Part shown: positions 37,997-46,655 of the stretch, in pieces
Layout: the number at the start of each line of letters is the position of its first letter
How positions within the stretch are numbered: position 1 is the stretch's first letter
From: Candidatus Omnitrophota bacterium
GTDB taxonomy: Bacteria > Omnitrophota > Gorgyraeia > 2-01-FULL-45-10
Length of the DNA stretch: 64,000 nucleotides
Direction of reading: 5' to 3'
Assembly: GCA_903843285.1 (NCBI GenBank)
Contig: CAIMPC010000007.1
Span: forward strand, 28,730-92,729
Translations under genes and position numbers: made by a program
The notes under the pieces: generated by a model
Told to the model about the DNA's origin: nothing
The model's input: only the letters and a program-made list of their open reading frames with translations
The model's database searches: none

Positions 37997-39184
37997 ATGA
38001 AGCTCACGGAACTTACGAAATCAATAATTGTTGCCATCCTGATACCGCTTATCTTCTTTTCCGCGCTGGAGCTGACACAGAGGATAAGATGGTATTTCAA
38101 GAGCAGTAGATCAGTTTACTGGCTTAAATACGGCTTTGTACCAAGGCCTAAAGATTTTGACCAGCAGTTAACGAAAATAGCGATGAATAAGATGTCCGGC
38201 CAGAATACGAATATTCAAGAGATACAGATATGGTCTAAGGAATTTCCGAACGGTATAAAAAAACATAATCCTGATTACCCTGAATATAAAAATTTGGTAA
38301 ATTCTTTAGGATTCAGGTCGCATGAATTCGAACCAAGAAAAGATCCGAACACGTACAGGATAATAGCTACCGGCGGTTCGACCACTGCCGGTTACGAGAG
38401 TGATATAGAGCATACGTACCCTGCTATTTTAGAAAAAAAACTTAATCGCGACGCGAAAAGATATGAAGTAATAAACGCAGGCCTTGGCGAGCAAGAGCTG
38501 CCTTATATAAACTATCTTCTCGAGAAAGAGTTGATAGGGTATAAGCCCGATATGGTAACGCTCTACTCGACCTTTAACCATCTTTACATGTTCCGTAGCT
38601 CTGTAAATGTTCCCAGGGATTTTCATTATAAAATATTTCATTTTAAAGAGTGGCTTTCGACGAAGAGCCTTTTATTCCTAACGGTATGGGAAAAGTTCAA
38701 TATTTTATTTAAGCCCCGCAGGTATGCTCTCAGCGATATATATATTCCGACCAATGATTCCAAGCGCCTGGCGAAGGCATTTCTTGATACGCCTGAGGTA
38801 TTTGAGTCATACAAGAGAGGTTTGGAAAAGTTCGTAGCTACTTGCAGGGAAAATCATATAACGCCTGTATTGATTACCGAGGCTTGCGTTTTTAAGAATG
38901 AGGCTTATTTGCTACTGGGGAAGGGAATGGACCCTGTCTATAATAAGATGTACGATATTATGGAGGAAGTTGCAATAAAGAATAACGCGATATTTATTGA
39001 TGCCGCTCGGGTAATGAATAATATTCCGGGTCATGAAGCGCTTTACACCGATGGGCTTCATTTTAAACCGGAGGGGAATGATGTTTTGGCTGAAATAATA
39101 TATGCCGCCTTAAAGGACCGGCTTACGCACGACGCAAATATTTTGACCACAGGCGGAGTTAAAAAAACTCTGCAAACTGTATGA
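37997..39184 (+). CDS. Membrane-anchored SGNH/GDSL-family hydrolase (candidate glycan O-acyl esterase/transferase)
   Basis: N-terminal TM anchor (SIIVAILIPLIFFSALEL). SGNH block I IIATGGSTTAG. Block III GLGEQE. Block V DGLHFKPEGN (D-x-x-H). The track ORF starts at TTG 37991. ATG at 37997. Confidence 0.55.
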   Translation: MKLTELTKSIIVAILIPLIFFSALELTQRIRWYFKSSRSVYWLKYGFVPRPKDFDQQLTKIAMNKMSGQNTNIQEIQIWSKEFPNGIKKHNPDYPEYKNLVNSLGFRSHEFEPRKDPNTYRIIATGGSTTAGYESDIEHTYPAILEKKLNRDAKRYEVINAGLGEQELPYINYLLEKELIGYKPDMVTLYSTFNHLYMFRSSVNVPRDFHYKIFHFKEWLSTKSLLFLTVWEKFNILFKPRRYALSDIYIPTNDSKRLAKAFLDTPEVFESYKRGLEKFVATCRENHITPVLITEACVFKNEAYLLLGKGMDPVYNKMYDIMEEVAIKNNAIFIDAARVMNNIPGHEALYTDGLHFKPEGNDVLAEIIYAALKDRLTHDANILTTGGVKKTLQTV

Positions 39185-39807
39185 GCATACCGAAAGATCT
39201 GCTGGGGCTTTATGCCGGATTGTCACAAAAGGAGATCTTTTATTTAAAAGCCAGATGGATAGTCAGTCCGATAAGTGCCGTAGAAGAACTGGTTCCAAAA
39301 GAAGGTAGGGTGTATGATATAGGCTGCGGGGCAGGTCTCTTGTCAAATACGATGGCGATGAGATCCGGTAGCAGGGACGTAACAGGCATCGACTTATCTG
39401 AAGAGAAGATAGCCTTAGCGAAAAGAACAATCCTTGCCAGAAAAAATATACGGTTTGAAAAGGCAGATGCGCTAAATTTAATATTGGACTCACCGGACGT
39501 GGTCGTTGCATGTGATCTAATTCATCATATTCCATTTTCGGCTCAGGAGATTTTTTTAGAACATATATATTCAATGCTCAGTCAGGGCGGGTTGCTCCTT
39601 ATACAGGATATAGATAAAAGACCTTTTTTAAAATACTTGTTCGCTTACTGGGCAGATATGCTCCAGGGCAATGCGGGGAATCTTTATTACAGGTCGAGTG
39701 GGGAGCTCGGGAATATACTGGAAAGGGCAGGTTTTAAAGTAGAGATAAGAAGGTTAGACAAGAGGTACCCGATAGCAGCAGTACTACTACGGTGTGTAAA
39801 AAAATAG
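39181..39807 (+). CDS. Class I SAM-dependent methyltransferase
   Basis: Motif I VYDIGCGAGLLS. DVVVACDLIHH. SQGGLLLI. 208 aa. ATGA overlap with the upstream gene. Confidence 0.75.
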   Translation: MSIPKDLLGLYAGLSQKEIFYLKARWIVSPISAVEELVPKEGRVYDIGCGAGLLSNTMAMRSGSRDVTGIDLSEEKIALAKRTILARKNIRFEKADALNLILDSPDVVVACDLIHHIPFSAQEIFLEHIYSMLSQGGLLLIQDIDKRPFLKYLFAYWADMLQGNAGNLYYRSSGELGNILERAGFKVEIRRLDKRYPIAAVLLRCVKK

Positions 39808-39869
39808 AAGAAGATAGCCTGGTAAAAAACGAACAGAATTAGAATCAGTATAATAGGAATTATCAGCAA

Positions 39870-41276
39870 ATGACCGAAACAGCAAAAAAATCCGGGATAA
39901 AAAAAGCAGCATTTATTTATCTCACGCAGACCTCCGAAGTCTACTACCTTGGAAACGATGTAGGATATAGCGTTCAGAGGCGTCCCCAGCTTGGCTTGCA
40001 GTATCTCTGCGCTGTTCTCGAGAAGAGGGGTATTGGCACAAATATTTTCGATCAGACAGTCACGCCTTTCAGCTTCGACCAGTTGGCAGAAAAGCTAAAA
40101 GAGTACGATATGGCGGGATTCTATTGCTCCGATCCTCAGGAAGAGAAGGTGAAGATATGGTGCAAGCGCTTGAAAGAAATTATGGATATCCCTTTACTTG
40201 TCGGAGGGCCATGTACGCTTAATAACGCGACCTTTTTGGACCATGGATGTGACGTAGTCGTACATGGAGAGGCCGAGACAACTATCGGAGACCTGGTCGA
40301 CTATTTTAATGGAAGTAAAGACATTAAAGAGGTAAAAGGCATTTCGTATAAAAACGAGAATAATATAGTGACTGCGCCGCCTCAGGACCTGATACAGGAT
40401 CTGGACAAAATACCTTTTCCTGACAGGTCGAAAGTAGATATTAATGCATACCATGATTACTTCTTATTTGGGATGAGAAAGCCCTATATAACAGTAATAG
40501 CCTCGCGAGGCTGCGCACATAAGTGCTATTTCTGCACCTCTTTTAAAATATGGGGCCGTAAATACAGGAGAAGAAGTGTCGATAATGTCATTGCGGAGAT
40601 AGATGATGCAATCAGCAAGTATGGCGCAAAATATATCGCTTTCCAGGATGATATTTTCGGTATGACAAACGATTGGATCGAAGATTTCAGTAATAAATTG
40701 ATCAAGAAGCCTTACAGAATAAAATGGATGGCGATATTGCATCCGTTTAATTTAAGAACGGACACGGAAAGGATCTTGCGGCTTATGAAAAAGGCCGGAT
40801 GTGACACCCTTTCGTTCGGTCTGCAATCTGCCCATTCTGCGGTACTAAAAAATACAAATCGCGATCCCGGTGAGCCTGACGCGCTTGCGCACCTGCTTAA
40901 GATCGCCAAACGGCTGGGTTTTGTGACGGCTGTCGCGTACATATTCGGATTGCCTGGCGATACCAGGGAGACGGTACAGGCTACGATAGATTATTCGCTG
41001 GAGTGTGGTTCATCGGTGGCTAACTATTTCATGCTCTTCGTTCTCAGAGGATCTGATATGGAGACGCTTTATAAGGATAAAAAGATATGTGAATTATCCA
41101 GCAAGGAGATAGAAGACCTCGCTACGCACGCATCGAAGAGATTTTACATGAGGCCGGAAACCATTTTCAGACTGGCATGTTTTATGATCAGAAATCCCAG
41201 CTGGCTGATCGGTGTAGGAAAGAACCTGCCATCGATTCTTGCCCGAGTCGGTTTCAGCAAGGCTAAGGATAAATAG
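39870..41276 (+). CDS. B12-binding-domain radical SAM enzyme (paralog 2)
   Basis: N-terminal B12-binding-like domain (PLLVGGPCT, VVVHGEAETT). CxxxCxxC in ASRGCAHKCYFCTS. 468 aa. Confidence 0.8.
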   Translation: MTETAKKSGIKKAAFIYLTQTSEVYYLGNDVGYSVQRRPQLGLQYLCAVLEKRGIGTNIFDQTVTPFSFDQLAEKLKEYDMAGFYCSDPQEEKVKIWCKRLKEIMDIPLLVGGPCTLNNATFLDHGCDVVVHGEAETTIGDLVDYFNGSKDIKEVKGISYKNENNIVTAPPQDLIQDLDKIPFPDRSKVDINAYHDYFLFGMRKPYITVIASRGCAHKCYFCTSFKIWGRKYRRRSVDNVIAEIDDAISKYGAKYIAFQDDIFGMTNDWIEDFSNKLIKKPYRIKWMAILHPFNLRTDTERILRLMKKAGCDTLSFGLQSAHSAVLKNTNRDPGEPDALAHLLKIAKRLGFVTAVAYIFGLPGDTRETVQATIDYSLECGSSVANYFMLFVLRGSDMETLYKDKKICELSSKEIEDLATHASKRFYMRPETIFRLACFMIRNPSWLIGVGKNLPSILARVGFSKAKDK

Positions 41277-41285
41277 GAGATTTAT

Positions 41286-42221
41286 ATGAAAATCAGCGTT
41301 GTTATTCCCGTGTATCAGGGTGCGAGGACCATAGGTACACTTACGGATGAGCTGGTGGCGCATTTAAAATCATATATACTTGAAGTTGTGCTGGTTAATG
41401 ACGGAAGCACGGATAACAGCGATGAGGAGTGCCGCAAGCTCTTCAAGAAATATCCGTCTATTGTTAAGTACATATGCCTTGCCAAAAATTTCGGAGAGCA
41501 TAATGCGGTGCTGGCGGGGTTGAACAATGTCACTGGTGATTACACCGTTATCATCGATGATGATTTCCAGAATCCTCCTGAAGAGATAGACAAGCTTGTC
41601 GAAAAAGCTGTGAGCTCCGGACTTGATGTCGTTTACGGTTATTATGAGAAAAAGAAGCATTCCTTATTCAGGAATATCGGATCGGGCTTCAATAATGCAG
41701 TGGCTAATTGCCTGCTTAATAAGCCGGGAGATCTTTATCTTTCGAGTTTCAAATGTATGAGCAGATTTATTGTTTCAGAAGTTATAAAATATAACGGGCC
41801 ATTTCCATACATAGACGGCCTGATACTGCGAAGCACCAAAAATATCGGTAAAGTGCTAGTCAGACACGAAAAGAGGCAGAGGGGCAGGTCCGGATACACT
41901 CTAAGGAAGCTGGTCCGGCTATGGGTCAATATGTTTGTTAATTTTTCAATCTATCCGTTAAGAATGAGTACACTGCTGGGAGTACTATTTTCGATACTGG
42001 GAGCATGTCTTACGGTATTTTTTGTTATCGATAAAATAGTCCATCCCAACATGCCGGTCGGAGTGGCTGCGATATTGACTTCTACGTTGACATTTGCCGG
42101 TGTACAGATGTTGATGCTCGGCATGATGGGAGAATACTTGGGAAAGCTATTCATGACAAATAACCAGACCCCGCAATATGTCATACGCCATATTTTGAGC
42201 CATGATAATGATAAAAAATGA
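41286..42221 (+). CDS. GT2 polyprenyl-phosphate sugar synthase (GtrB/ArnC-like) with C-terminal TM anchor
   Basis: ISVVIPVYQGA. LVNDGSTDNS. IIDDDFQNP (DxD). C-terminal TM helices (LLGVLFSILGACLTVFFVI; VAAILTSTLTFAGVQMLMLGMMGEYL). Confidence 0.8.
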   Translation: MKISVVIPVYQGARTIGTLTDELVAHLKSYILEVVLVNDGSTDNSDEECRKLFKKYPSIVKYICLAKNFGEHNAVLAGLNNVTGDYTVIIDDDFQNPPEEIDKLVEKAVSSGLDVVYGYYEKKKHSLFRNIGSGFNNAVANCLLNKPGDLYLSSFKCMSRFIVSEVIKYNGPFPYIDGLILRSTKNIGKVLVRHEKRQRGRSGYTLRKLVRLWVNMFVNFSIYPLRMSTLLGVLFSILGACLTVFFVIDKIVHPNMPVGVAAILTSTLTFAGVQMLMLGMMGEYLGKLFMTNNQTPQYVIRHILSHDNDKK

Positions 42222-43101
42222 AAATATGAGTTATCCTAAAAGAGAGTGTCCCCTGTGCAAAAAAAAGGGTCGGGAGATATTGTATAAGCTGGATGAGTTT
42301 AACATCGTAAGGTGTGATGGCTGCGGCCTTATCTTCAGAGATATTATCCTGTCGGCCGAGTTTGCGAAACAGCTGTACTCAGGAGACTATTTTACGAACG
42401 AGCAGGCCGACTACTTCTTCAATTATCCGAAAGAGAAAGAGGATATCTTCCGGTCCCGCATACAGATGCTTGAGCCTTACGAGCCGGAAGGCAGAAATAT
42501 GCTAGACATCGGCTGTGCTATAGGGACTTTCCTGAAGATTGCCAGAGAATGTGGATGGGAGACCAGAGGGATAGAGACTTCGGAATATGCCTCCGGATAC
42601 GCCAGGGATAATTACGGACTGGATGTAATTTGCGGAGAATTCGACGCTGAAAAATTTTCCGAGGAAGATAAGTTTGATGTGATAACGATGTGGGATGTAG
42701 TGGACCATGCGGAAGATCCGATAAAATTCCTGAAGGATGCAGCCTCTCTCCTGAAAAAGAACGGCTACATGTTCGTAGAAACGACCATGGAGGATAGCCT
42801 GGTATATACGATATGCAACTATATTTACCGGTTATCATTTGGACTTATCAAGCTTCCGGTCATGAGAGGGCATCCTGTCCATCACTCGACATTTTTTTCC
42901 AGACAGACAATGCGGAAGGCGCTGGAACAATGCGGCATGAAGATTAAGGCCGTGGTGCCAACGAAATATCCCGAAAAATTCTTCCCTGGAAGTCATTTCA
43001 GTAAAATGTTATTCAAACTGTTCTATGCCCTGGGAAATAAGTTTGACAGGCCTCTCGTAGTTACTTTCGTCGTGCAAAAAAACAAGGTGATTGACGGATG
43101 A
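42202..43101 (+). CDS. Class I SAM-dependent methyltransferase with N-terminal zinc ribbon
   Basis: CPLCKK...CDGCGLIF zinc ribbon. Motif I MLDIGCAIGTF. DVITMWDVVDH. Alternative starts at 42208 and 42226. Confidence 0.72.
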   Translation: MIMIKNENMSYPKRECPLCKKKGREILYKLDEFNIVRCDGCGLIFRDIILSAEFAKQLYSGDYFTNEQADYFFNYPKEKEDIFRSRIQMLEPYEPEGRNMLDIGCAIGTFLKIARECGWETRGIETSEYASGYARDNYGLDVICGEFDAEKFSEEDKFDVITMWDVVDHAEDPIKFLKDAASLLKKNGYMFVETTMEDSLVYTICNYIYRLSFGLIKLPVMRGHPVHHSTFFSRQTMRKALEQCGMKIKAVVPTKYPEKFFPGSHFSKMLFKLFYALGNKFDRPLVVTFVVQKNKVIDG

Positions 43102-44063
43102 AAAAGCCGCGCGTTCCAGCCATGAAATATCCGCTTCTCCTTATATACAGGATCGTGGGAATCATTTTCAGGCAGGATGGCCGGATCGCCAAAAGGCTGC
43201 CCGATTATTTCCCGACATATAGATCTTTTTTCGGAGAATTACTGAACCAGTTTTTCAGGCTCATGGGAATGCCCAGGTCCTTCCAGCCACAAGGCGTTAT
43301 ATTGGAGCCCACGAATTCCTGCAACCTTAAGTGCGAACACTGCAGCGCGCGGATCAACGAAGAGAAGAGGGGGTTTATGGAGTATGATTTTTATACACAT
43401 ATTATCGATTCAAACCCCCAGATCACCTGTTTGATGCTAAGCAGGTACGGTGAACCGTTGCTCCATCCCAGGATCTTTGATATGATCACCTATGCCAAAA
43501 GAAAGGGCATATACGTCTTCTTATACACGAACGGCACGTTGCTCTCGGAGAAGATGAGCGATATGATACTGTCAAGCGGCCTCGACGAGATATTCTTTTC
43601 TCTGGAAGGTACCGGTGAAGATTATGAGAAGAACAGAGGGTTCCAATACGAAAAGTTAAAGGATAGTATGGAGCATCTGATCCGGAAAAAAGAAACGGCC
43701 GGATCGGATATTAAGATAGGGATCAATGTCGCAGGTTTAGATGGTATTGATCGCAGGCTCGATGCGGTAAGGCGGGAGTGGGGCGATAAGGTGACTTATG
43801 TGGAAACAGAACCGTTAATAGGCACCAAATCATCCCCCAGAGACAGAAGCTGCCGCACTTTATGGAGGAACGCGGTAATACGATGGGATGGTATTGTATT
43901 CCCGTGCTGCATAGATATGAATAGCAGCCTCGCGATAGGTGACGCGAAGAAAAATACGCTGAAAGAGATATTTAACGGTCCGGAGGCTTTGTCGCTCAGG
44001 CGGCGGCACCTGGAAAAGAGATTTCCCTCGGTGTGTAAAACCTGCGATAAAATGTTTGGTTAG
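43098..44063 (+). CDS. Radical SAM enzyme with C-terminal SPASM/twitch auxiliary-cluster domain
   Basis: CxxxCxxC in EPTNSCNLKCEHCSA. Cys-rich C-terminus CRTLWRNAVIRWDGIVFPCCIDMN...SVCKTCDKMF consistent with SPASM/twitch. No B12 domain. 321 aa. Confidence 0.75.
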   Translation: MKKPRVPAMKYPLLLIYRIVGIIFRQDGRIAKRLPDYFPTYRSFFGELLNQFFRLMGMPRSFQPQGVILEPTNSCNLKCEHCSARINEEKRGFMEYDFYTHIIDSNPQITCLMLSRYGEPLLHPRIFDMITYAKRKGIYVFLYTNGTLLSEKMSDMILSSGLDEIFFSLEGTGEDYEKNRGFQYEKLKDSMEHLIRKKETAGSDIKIGINVAGLDGIDRRLDAVRREWGDKVTYVETEPLIGTKSSPRDRSCRTLWRNAVIRWDGIVFPCCIDMNSSLAIGDAKKNTLKEIFNGPEALSLRRRHLEKRFPSVCKTCDKMFG

Positions 44064-44076
44064 AAGAGCCAATTAA

Positions 44077-45528
44077 ATGAATAATTATGATAGAGCCGGT
44101 TTTAAAGTCTTATTGATCAGCCCTCCATTGTCGGTGGCTAAGCAGGCGGGCAGCCTGAAGGGCATAGCTAATGTCCTGCCAACCATGGGAATAGGCTATA
44201 TAGCGTCCCTGCTGGAAAGGCATGGAATAGGTGTGCGCATATTTGATTACATCGGGGAGCCCAAGATCCTCGAGGATATGCTCAAGGACATATCGGATGC
44301 ATCCCCGGACATAATAGGCATAACGGCTACCATCCTTACCATCTCAACCTCGAATGAGCTTGCAGAAGAGATCAGGAACAGGTTTCCGGGTATACCGATT
44401 ATTATCGGCGGGCCGCAGTTATGCTCGGCTCCCGAAAAGACGATGAGTTCCGGTCCTTACGATATCGGAGTGGTCGGAGAGGGGGAAGAGACGATGCTTG
44501 AGCTCTCCAATGCGATCAAGTCCGGCGTAAAGGATTTTAGCGGTATAAGAGGGCTTATAATCAAGAAGGATGGAAAGCTTGTCTTCACAGCGCCCAGGCC
44601 TTATATCGAAGATCTGGACCTCTTACCTCCTCCGGCCCGGCATCTCTACCCCCCCCTCCATAAATATAATCCGGTACCCGCTTCATACATAAAGAAACCG
44701 GTTGGCCTTATGATATCGTCGAGGGGATGTCCATATCAATGCATATTTTGCGACAGGAAAGTATTCGGAAATAAGTTCAGGGCTCATTCTCCAAAATATG
44801 TCGTGGATGAGATGGAGAACGTGATCAATGTGCACGGTGCCCGCGAAATACGTTTCATGGATGATACTTTTACTCTCGACATAAAAAGAGTGGATGAGAT
44901 ATGCGATGAGATACTAAAGAGAAGAATTAAAGTCCCGTGGACGTGCCTTACGCGCGTTAATACCGTAAACCTGGAGATCCTTAAGAAGATGAAGAAGGCG
45001 GGGTGCTGGCAGGTAATATACGGTATAGAGGCGGGTGACCAGCGGATGCTTGATATCATTAAGAAAGGCGTTACCGTAGAACAGAATGAAACGGGTATCA
45101 AGCTTGCGAAGAGAGCGGGGCTTAATGTCAGGGCGACATTCGTATTTGGCCTTCCCGGAGAGACTCTCGATACCATAAAAAATACGGTTAATTTCGCAAA
45201 GAGGATGAATCTCGATGTGGTGAATTTTTTTACCGTGATACTATTCCCGGGCAACGAGCTTTACTCCATGGCCAAAAAGGCGGGGAAGATACTTCATGAG
45301 AATTACGACGAATATACGTCACTCATAGATACGGAAGAGACCCATCTGCATTACGTACCCGAAGGCATCACTGAGATCCAGATGAAGAACGCGATAGTTG
45401 AAGCCTACAGGACCTACTATTTCAGGCCGGGCTATATACTGCGGCAATTGTTTTCTATAAAGAACGCGGAAGATATACTTCGCTACTGGACAGCATTTAA
45501 GTCGGTAGTCTCGATGAGGAAGGTTTAA
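44077..45528 (+). CDS. B12-binding-domain radical SAM enzyme (paralog 3)
   Basis: N-terminal B12-binding-like domain (IIIGGPQ, VVGEGEET). CxxxCxxC in SSRGCPYQCIFCD. DLDLLPPPARHL motif shared with paralogs 4 and 5. 483 aa. Confidence 0.8.
   Translation: MNNYDRAGFKVLLISPPLSVAKQAGSLKGIANVLPTMGIGYIASLLERHGIGVRIFDYIGEPKILEDMLKDISDASPDIIGITATILTISTSNELAEEIRNRFPGIPIIIGGPQLCSAPEKTMSSGPYDIGVVGEGEETMLELSNAIKSGVKDFSGIRGLIIKKDGKLVFTAPRPYIEDLDLLPPPARHLYPPLHKYNPVPASYIKKPVGLMISSRGCPYQCIFCDRKVFGNKFRAHSPKYVVDEMENVINVHGAREIRFMDDTFTLDIKRVDEICDEILKRRIKVPWTCLTRVNTVNLEILKKMKKAGCWQVIYGIEAGDQRMLDIIKKGVTVEQNETGIKLAKRAGLNVRATFVFGLPGETLDTIKNTVNFAKRMNLDVVNFFTVILFPGNELYSMAKKAGKILHENYDEYTSLIDTEETHLHYVPEGITEIQMKNAIVEAYRTYYFRPGYILRQLFSIKNAEDILRYWTAFKSVVSMRKV
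44649..44656 (+). repeat. Homopolymeric C8 tract inside B12-rSAM paralog 3
   Basis: cta-cccccccc-tcc at 44649-44656 encodes Y-P-P-L in HLYPPLHKY. It is the longest homopolymer G/C run noticed in the window. Confidence 0.5.
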
Positions 45529-45530
45529 CA

Positions 45531-46643
45531 ATGCTTCAAGAGCTAAAAGGGTTAATAAAGAAACAGTACAATTATATAAATGTCTTCAAAGCCTACTCCG
45601 TTCCCACGCTATTAAAAGAGATCTTTCTCTTCCCGAAAGACCTTATGTCGGGCTCCGGTAAAAGCTCCGGCCTATTGAACGTGGCGCTCTTTGTTACGAC
45701 AAGGTGCAATGCTCGCTGCGCTATGTGCAATATAACCGACATATTGAATGACAGCGGCAACACTGACATATCACTCGAAAAGATAGCATCATTTCTGGAT
45801 GATATTGCGCGCTACAAGCCGAGCATAATACTCTTTGGAGGAGAGCCTTTCGTAAGAAAAGATATTCCGGACATAGTGCGCTTAGTCAATGAGAGAGGGC
45901 TAACATCAGGTATATTTACAAACGGCACGTTACTTAATGTAGAGTTGATCAAAAAATTGATCGAATCCGGATTGGGCCACATAGCGTTTTCGCTGCAGGG
46001 GAACAGGGATATACACGACTCTATACTCTCCGTTCCCGGCGCTTACGACAAGATGATAAATAATATAAGGGCCTTCACATCTATTAAGCCCAGAGGCACC
46101 AGCGTTATCACGCATACCACTATATGCGAATATAATTTAAATTGCCTAAGTGAAGTGGCCAGGACGGCATTAGGCCTCGGGGTTGATCTCGTCAGGTTCG
46201 GGCACCCGACTTTCTTTTCTACCGCTGAGGAAAGGCGCTCGAACGAATGCTTGAAGTCCGTATTTAAAGACTCCAAACAGATAAAAGCGACAAGCTACAT
46301 ATATGATATCCGGGGCAAGGAAATAATATATCTTGAGAAGATAAAGCAGTTAAAGGCTGAATTCGGCGGCAGGATCTCGTTTACACCTGAGTTGGGCGAA
46401 AAAGAACTGGCGGCATGGTACTCCCCGGACTTCAGATCAGGAAGAAATTGCCTCTTCATGTGGAGAGGACTTTTTGTACGCCCGAACGGGGATGCCTATC
46501 CATGCGAGTCGATCAGCTATAAGATGGGAAATGTGTTCGAAGACGGTTTTTCTAAGGTATGGAACGGGCCAAAGTACAGGGAATTCAGGCGAGTTTTAAA
46601 AAAAGGCCTTCTCCCGGCTTGCGCCAGATGCTGCAAATTATAA
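45531..46643 (+). CDS. Radical SAM enzyme with C-terminal SPASM/twitch-like Cys cluster
   Basis: CxxxCxxC in VTTRCNARCAMCN. C-terminal NCLFMWRGLFVRPNGDAYPCES...PACARCCKL. No B12 domain. 370 aa. Confidence 0.72.
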   Translation: MLQELKGLIKKQYNYINVFKAYSVPTLLKEIFLFPKDLMSGSGKSSGLLNVALFVTTRCNARCAMCNITDILNDSGNTDISLEKIASFLDDIARYKPSIILFGGEPFVRKDIPDIVRLVNERGLTSGIFTNGTLLNVELIKKLIESGLGHIAFSLQGNRDIHDSILSVPGAYDKMINNIRAFTSIKPRGTSVITHTTICEYNLNCLSEVARTALGLGVDLVRFGHPTFFSTAEERRSNECLKSVFKDSKQIKATSYIYDIRGKEIIYLEKIKQLKAEFGGRISFTPELGEKELAAWYSPDFRSGRNCLFMWRGLFVRPNGDAYPCESISYKMGNVFEDGFSKVWNGPKYREFRRVLKKGLLPACARCCKL

Positions 46644-46655
46644 AGGGTTAAAATC

